Source: Enterobacteria phage TuIa
Sequence record: AJ621579.1
DNA length: 1,418 nt
Direction: 5' to 3' (one strand)
Below, piece by piece: positions 1-1,418 of the stretch. Both the position numbers and the translations under genes were made by a program. Position 1 is the stretch's first letter. Each line of letters starts with the position of its first letter. The notes below the pieces were generated by a model that made no database searches, had not been told where the DNA came from, and worked only from the letters and a program-made list of their open reading frames with translations.

Positions 1-23
1 GGAAAGGTTGTTGCATAATTTTA

Positions 24-48
24 GGGAGACTTCGGTCTCCCTTTTGTG
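24..48 (+). terminator. Rho-independent terminator: 7-bp GC-rich stem GGGAGAC/GTCTCCC with a TTCG tetraloop, followed by TTTTGTG
   Basis: Read directly: 24-30 GGGAGAC, 31-34 TTCG, 35-41 GTCTCCC (perfect inverted repeat), then T-run 42-45. On the minus strand the hairpin is followed by an A-rich rather than U-rich tract, so it is oriented to stop a + strand transcript from an upstream gene. Confidence 0.7.
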
Positions 49-60
49 CGTTTAGGGCAG

Positions 61-106
61 AAAAAGTTAAAAAAGGTGTTTACTCTCCTGTAGGATGTGT
101 TACTAT
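61..106 (+). promoter_or_regulatory. Sigma70-type early promoter (T4-early-like): A-rich UP-like tract, -35 GTTTAC(T), extended -10 TGtTACTAT
   Basis: A-rich tract 61-76 (aaaaagttaaaaaagg); GTTTAC at 78-83 (hexamer TTTACT 79-84); TG at 98-99 followed by TACTAT 101-106; spacer 16 bp. Predicted transcription start near 113-115. Located immediately after a terminator and about 45 nt before the ORF1 start. Confidence 0.6.
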
Positions 107-140
107 AGACTTGTACCACCTAATCGATAAAACAAACCGG

Positions 141-144
141 AGAA
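141..144 (+). promoter_or_regulatory. Shine-Dalgarno site (GGAG) for ORF1
   Basis: GGAG at 141-144, 4 nt (aata... spacing region aataaa overlaps) before ATG 149-151; A-rich spacer typical of T4 translation initiation regions. Confidence 0.75.
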
Positions 145-148
145 TAAA

Positions 149-514
149 ATGAACTACATCAACTTCGAACGTAAATATGTTTCTAACGGTATCGCTGGTT
201 CTTCTGAAGTTATTTGCTTATGGAAACACGAAAACGGTACAGATTGTGAAATCGAACAGTGCATGACTCCTAATTACGTTTATATGCGATTTGAAAACGG
301 CATCACGGTTTCAATCACGATGGAAGGTTCCAACTTCAAAATTGCATTAGATGACGATTTCCGTCAACGTGATTTAGGTACTCATCCTTGCTGGAACGGT
401 GTTAATCGTAAACTTCTGGTTAAAACTTGGATTCGTCATATCCTGAGTAACCGAGCTAAACCTGAACATCTCGAAGCAATCTTTGATGTAGTTCTTAACG
501 AATTCGATATCTAA
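149..514 (+). CDS. Hypothetical phage early protein, 121 aa, no recognisable motif (ORFan candidate); contains a Cys/His cluster
   Basis: ATG start with GGAG SD, TAA stop at 512-514. I re-translated the whole frame by hand and it matches the ORF track. Codon choice is T4-like (cgt, ggt, aaa, gaa, gtt, tct preferred). Sits directly downstream of the early promoter. Confidence 0.8.
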   Translation: MNYINFERKYVSNGIAGSSEVICLWKHENGTDCEIEQCMTPNYVYMRFENGITVSITMEGSNFKIALDDDFRQRDLGTHPCWNGVNRKLLVKTWIRHILSNRAKPEHLEAIFDVVLNEFDI

Positions 515-520
515 TTTAAC

Positions 521-538
521 TGGGAGCTTCGGCTCCCA
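521..538 (+). promoter_or_regulatory. Intercistronic GC-rich stem-loop with UUCG tetraloop and no U-tract; likely RNA stability/processing or attenuating element rather than a full terminator
   Basis: 522-527 GGGAGC, 528-531 TTCG, 532-537 GCTCCC, with an extra T521/A538 pair. Followed by ACTGAGGAAATT, not a T-run. Near-identical to the hairpin at 24-41. Ends 3 nt before the ORF2 SD. Confidence 0.55.
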
Positions 539-540
539 CT

Positions 541-544
541 GAGG
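541..544 (+). promoter_or_regulatory. Shine-Dalgarno site (GAGG) for ORF2
   Basis: GAGG at 541-544, 5-nt AT-rich spacer (aaatt) before ATG 550-552. Confidence 0.7.
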
Positions 545-549
545 AAATT

Positions 550-1164
550 ATGTTTAAAGTTAATACTTTTTATAAAATGAATTTTAAAAATGGGGATATT
601 ACTCCACGCCTTAAAAACATGTTCTCATATGACCTTATCGAGCCTTTTGAAGTTTTAGAAGTTACTGATGCCGGCACGGTTTGTGAAATTAGAACTTCTG
701 AAGGTAAAATTTATCAGGCAGGTGTTGGTAAATTCAGTAATTGTTTTTCTTTAATATTCTCGACCGATTTAGATGAGCATTTTATTGAATGTCCTAATCC
801 TAAGGACTATGAAGTTCCACATCAAGAAACTAAGAAAAATGGCCCGCACGAATATACGAAGGTTGAAACTCCTCACGGCGTGATGTGGCGTCATAACTCT
901 CCTTTTGGAAGTAAAGGAACATTTGCTCAACCGTCTAAACCGTATGACGATGAAAAATACATCGTCGTCTTTTTATCTGAACAGGGCACTCAAGACCGTG
1001 GATGCCAACGAAGTGGTTTACTAAGTGAACTTGAAGCTCATAACCAAGCACGTGAATTCGTTGAGAAAAATCCTGGTTCTGAAGCTCTAGTCATGAAAGC
1101 AATTACTCAATATATCACTGCTCAACCTGTTGTTCATCCGGTAGAAATTAATTTCGTTAAGTAG
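550..1164 (+). CDS. Hypothetical phage early protein, 204 aa, no recognisable catalytic motif; apparent two-domain layout with a Pro/Lys/Glu-rich central segment
   Basis: ATG 550 with GAGG SD; TAG stop at 1162-1164. No promoter is evident between ORF1 and ORF2, so it is probably co-transcribed with ORF1 from the 61-106 promoter. Central segment about residues 82-135 (PNPKDYEVPHQETKKNGPHEYTKVETPHG...SKPYDDEKY) is compositionally distinct from both flanks. Confidence 0.8.
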   Translation: MFKVNTFYKMNFKNGDITPRLKNMFSYDLIEPFEVLEVTDAGTVCEIRTSEGKIYQAGVGKFSNCFSLIFSTDLDEHFIECPNPKDYEVPHQETKKNGPHEYTKVETPHGVMWRHNSPFGSKGTFAQPSKPYDDEKYIVVFLSEQGTQDRGCQRSGLLSELEAHNQAREFVEKNPGSEALVMKAITQYITAQPVVHPVEINFVK

Positions 1165-1194
1165 TTTACATCCAAGGACGGATTAGAGTATAAT
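1164..1194 (+). promoter_or_regulatory. Sigma70-type early promoter (T4-early-like): -35 GTTTACA, -10 TATAAT, 18-bp spacer
   Basis: GTTTACA at 1164-1170 (TTTACA 1165-1170), perfect TATAAT at 1189-1194, AT-rich tract upstream (1146-1163). The -35 begins at the last base of the ORF2 stop codon. Predicted transcription start near 1201-1202. Confidence 0.65.
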
Positions 1195-1220
1195 GATTTC
1201 TTTAGTAAGTGGAAAAAAAT

Positions 1221-1418
1221 ATGAAATTTTTAATAGCACAAACAGTCCAATTAAAAGGTGTTGGAATTCCTGGGATGATTTTTAAAGTTCTTCATGAATT
1301 TAAAACCGCCGCTGGAATTATCAATGAAGCGTATGCTGTTCAATGGGTTGATGGGACTTCTGACATACGTATGGGTAAAGAGTTATCTCCTATTAAAGGT
1401 TTAAAATGTCTGAGTTAG
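1221..1418 (+). CDS. Hypothetical small phage early protein, about 65 aa from ATG 1221 (ORF track starts at GTG 1209, giving 69 aa); function unknown
   Basis: Open frame 1209-1418 ending in TAG at 1416-1418, the last bases of the window. ATG 1221 is preceded by a purine-rich GTGGA/GGA (1209-1213) at SD-like spacing. The GTG at 1209 lies only about 7-8 nt downstream of the predicted transcription start with no SD, so ATG 1221 is the likelier start. Has its own dedicated promoter. Confidence 0.6.
   Translation: MKFLIAQTVQLKGVGIPGMIFKVLHEFKTAAGIINEAYAVQWVDGTSDIRMGKELSPIKGLKCLS

Noticed and set aside
211-219. MotA-box-like sequence TTTGCTTAT inside ORF1, a possible T4 middle promoter
   Set aside because: Imperfect match to the (a/t)(a/t)TGCTT(t/c)A consensus and no TATAAT-like -10 element 11-13 bp downstream (the following sequence is GGAAACACGAAAACGG). 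It lies inside a coding region, so it is most likely chance.
521-538. Second hairpin as a bona fide intrinsic terminator ending the ORF1 transcript
   Set aside because: There is no U-tract after the stem (ACTGAGG follows) and the ORF2 SD begins 3 nt later with no promoter of its own. Complete termination here would leave ORF2 unexpressed, so partial attenuation or an RNA stability role is more likely.
24-538. The two similar hairpin sequences as CRISPR repeats
   Set aside because: Only two copies, about 480 bp apart, 16-18 bp long, imperfect, and separated by a promoter and a protein-coding gene. This is inconsistent with a CRISPR array.
571-578. TATAAAAT near the 5' end of ORF2, resembling the T4 late promoter TATAAATA
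   Set aside because: Not an exact match to the late-promoter core, which is very sequence-specific. It sits in an AT-rich coding stretch where such octamers arise by chance, and there is no obvious downstream gene needing a late promoter.
577-621. Internal in-frame ATG codons (M10, M24) as alternative ORF2 starts
   Set aside because: ATG 550 has a good GAGG SD with 5-nt spacing, while the internal ATGs lack comparable SD sequences. The first ATG is the most parsimonious start.
550-1164. ORF2 as a Mod-type ADP-ribosyltransferase, based on size (about 200 aa) and early-gene context
   Set aside because: I could not find the R / S-T-S / [QE]-x-E catalytic triad in the expected order by eye. Size and context alone are insufficient, so it is left as hypothetical.
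1209-1220. GTG at 1209 as the ORF3 start codon (as in the six-frame track)
   Set aside because: It lies only about 7-8 nt after the predicted transcription start with no upstream SD. The in-frame ATG at 1221 has a purine-rich SD-like element at proper spacing, so the GTG start is less plausible, though not excluded without experimental data.

Overview
This 1.4 kb window looks like a T4-type (T-even-like) phage early-gene region, not ordinary bacterial chromosome. It is AT-rich and carries three small same-strand ORFs (121, 204 and about 65 aa) with no motif I can recognise. Around them sit an intrinsic terminator, two sigma70-type early promoters with the T4-early GTTTAC -35 signature, and Shine-Dalgarno sites. 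Two near-identical GC-rich UUCG-tetraloop hairpins bracket the first promoter-plus-ORF unit. That layout resembles the promoter-early stem-loop (PeSL) cassettes described in T4-type phages. I cannot assign a function to any of the proteins from sequence alone. The most I can support is that they are candidate early host-takeover or anti-defence ORFans. No homology search was possible, so the novelty of the proteins is unverified.
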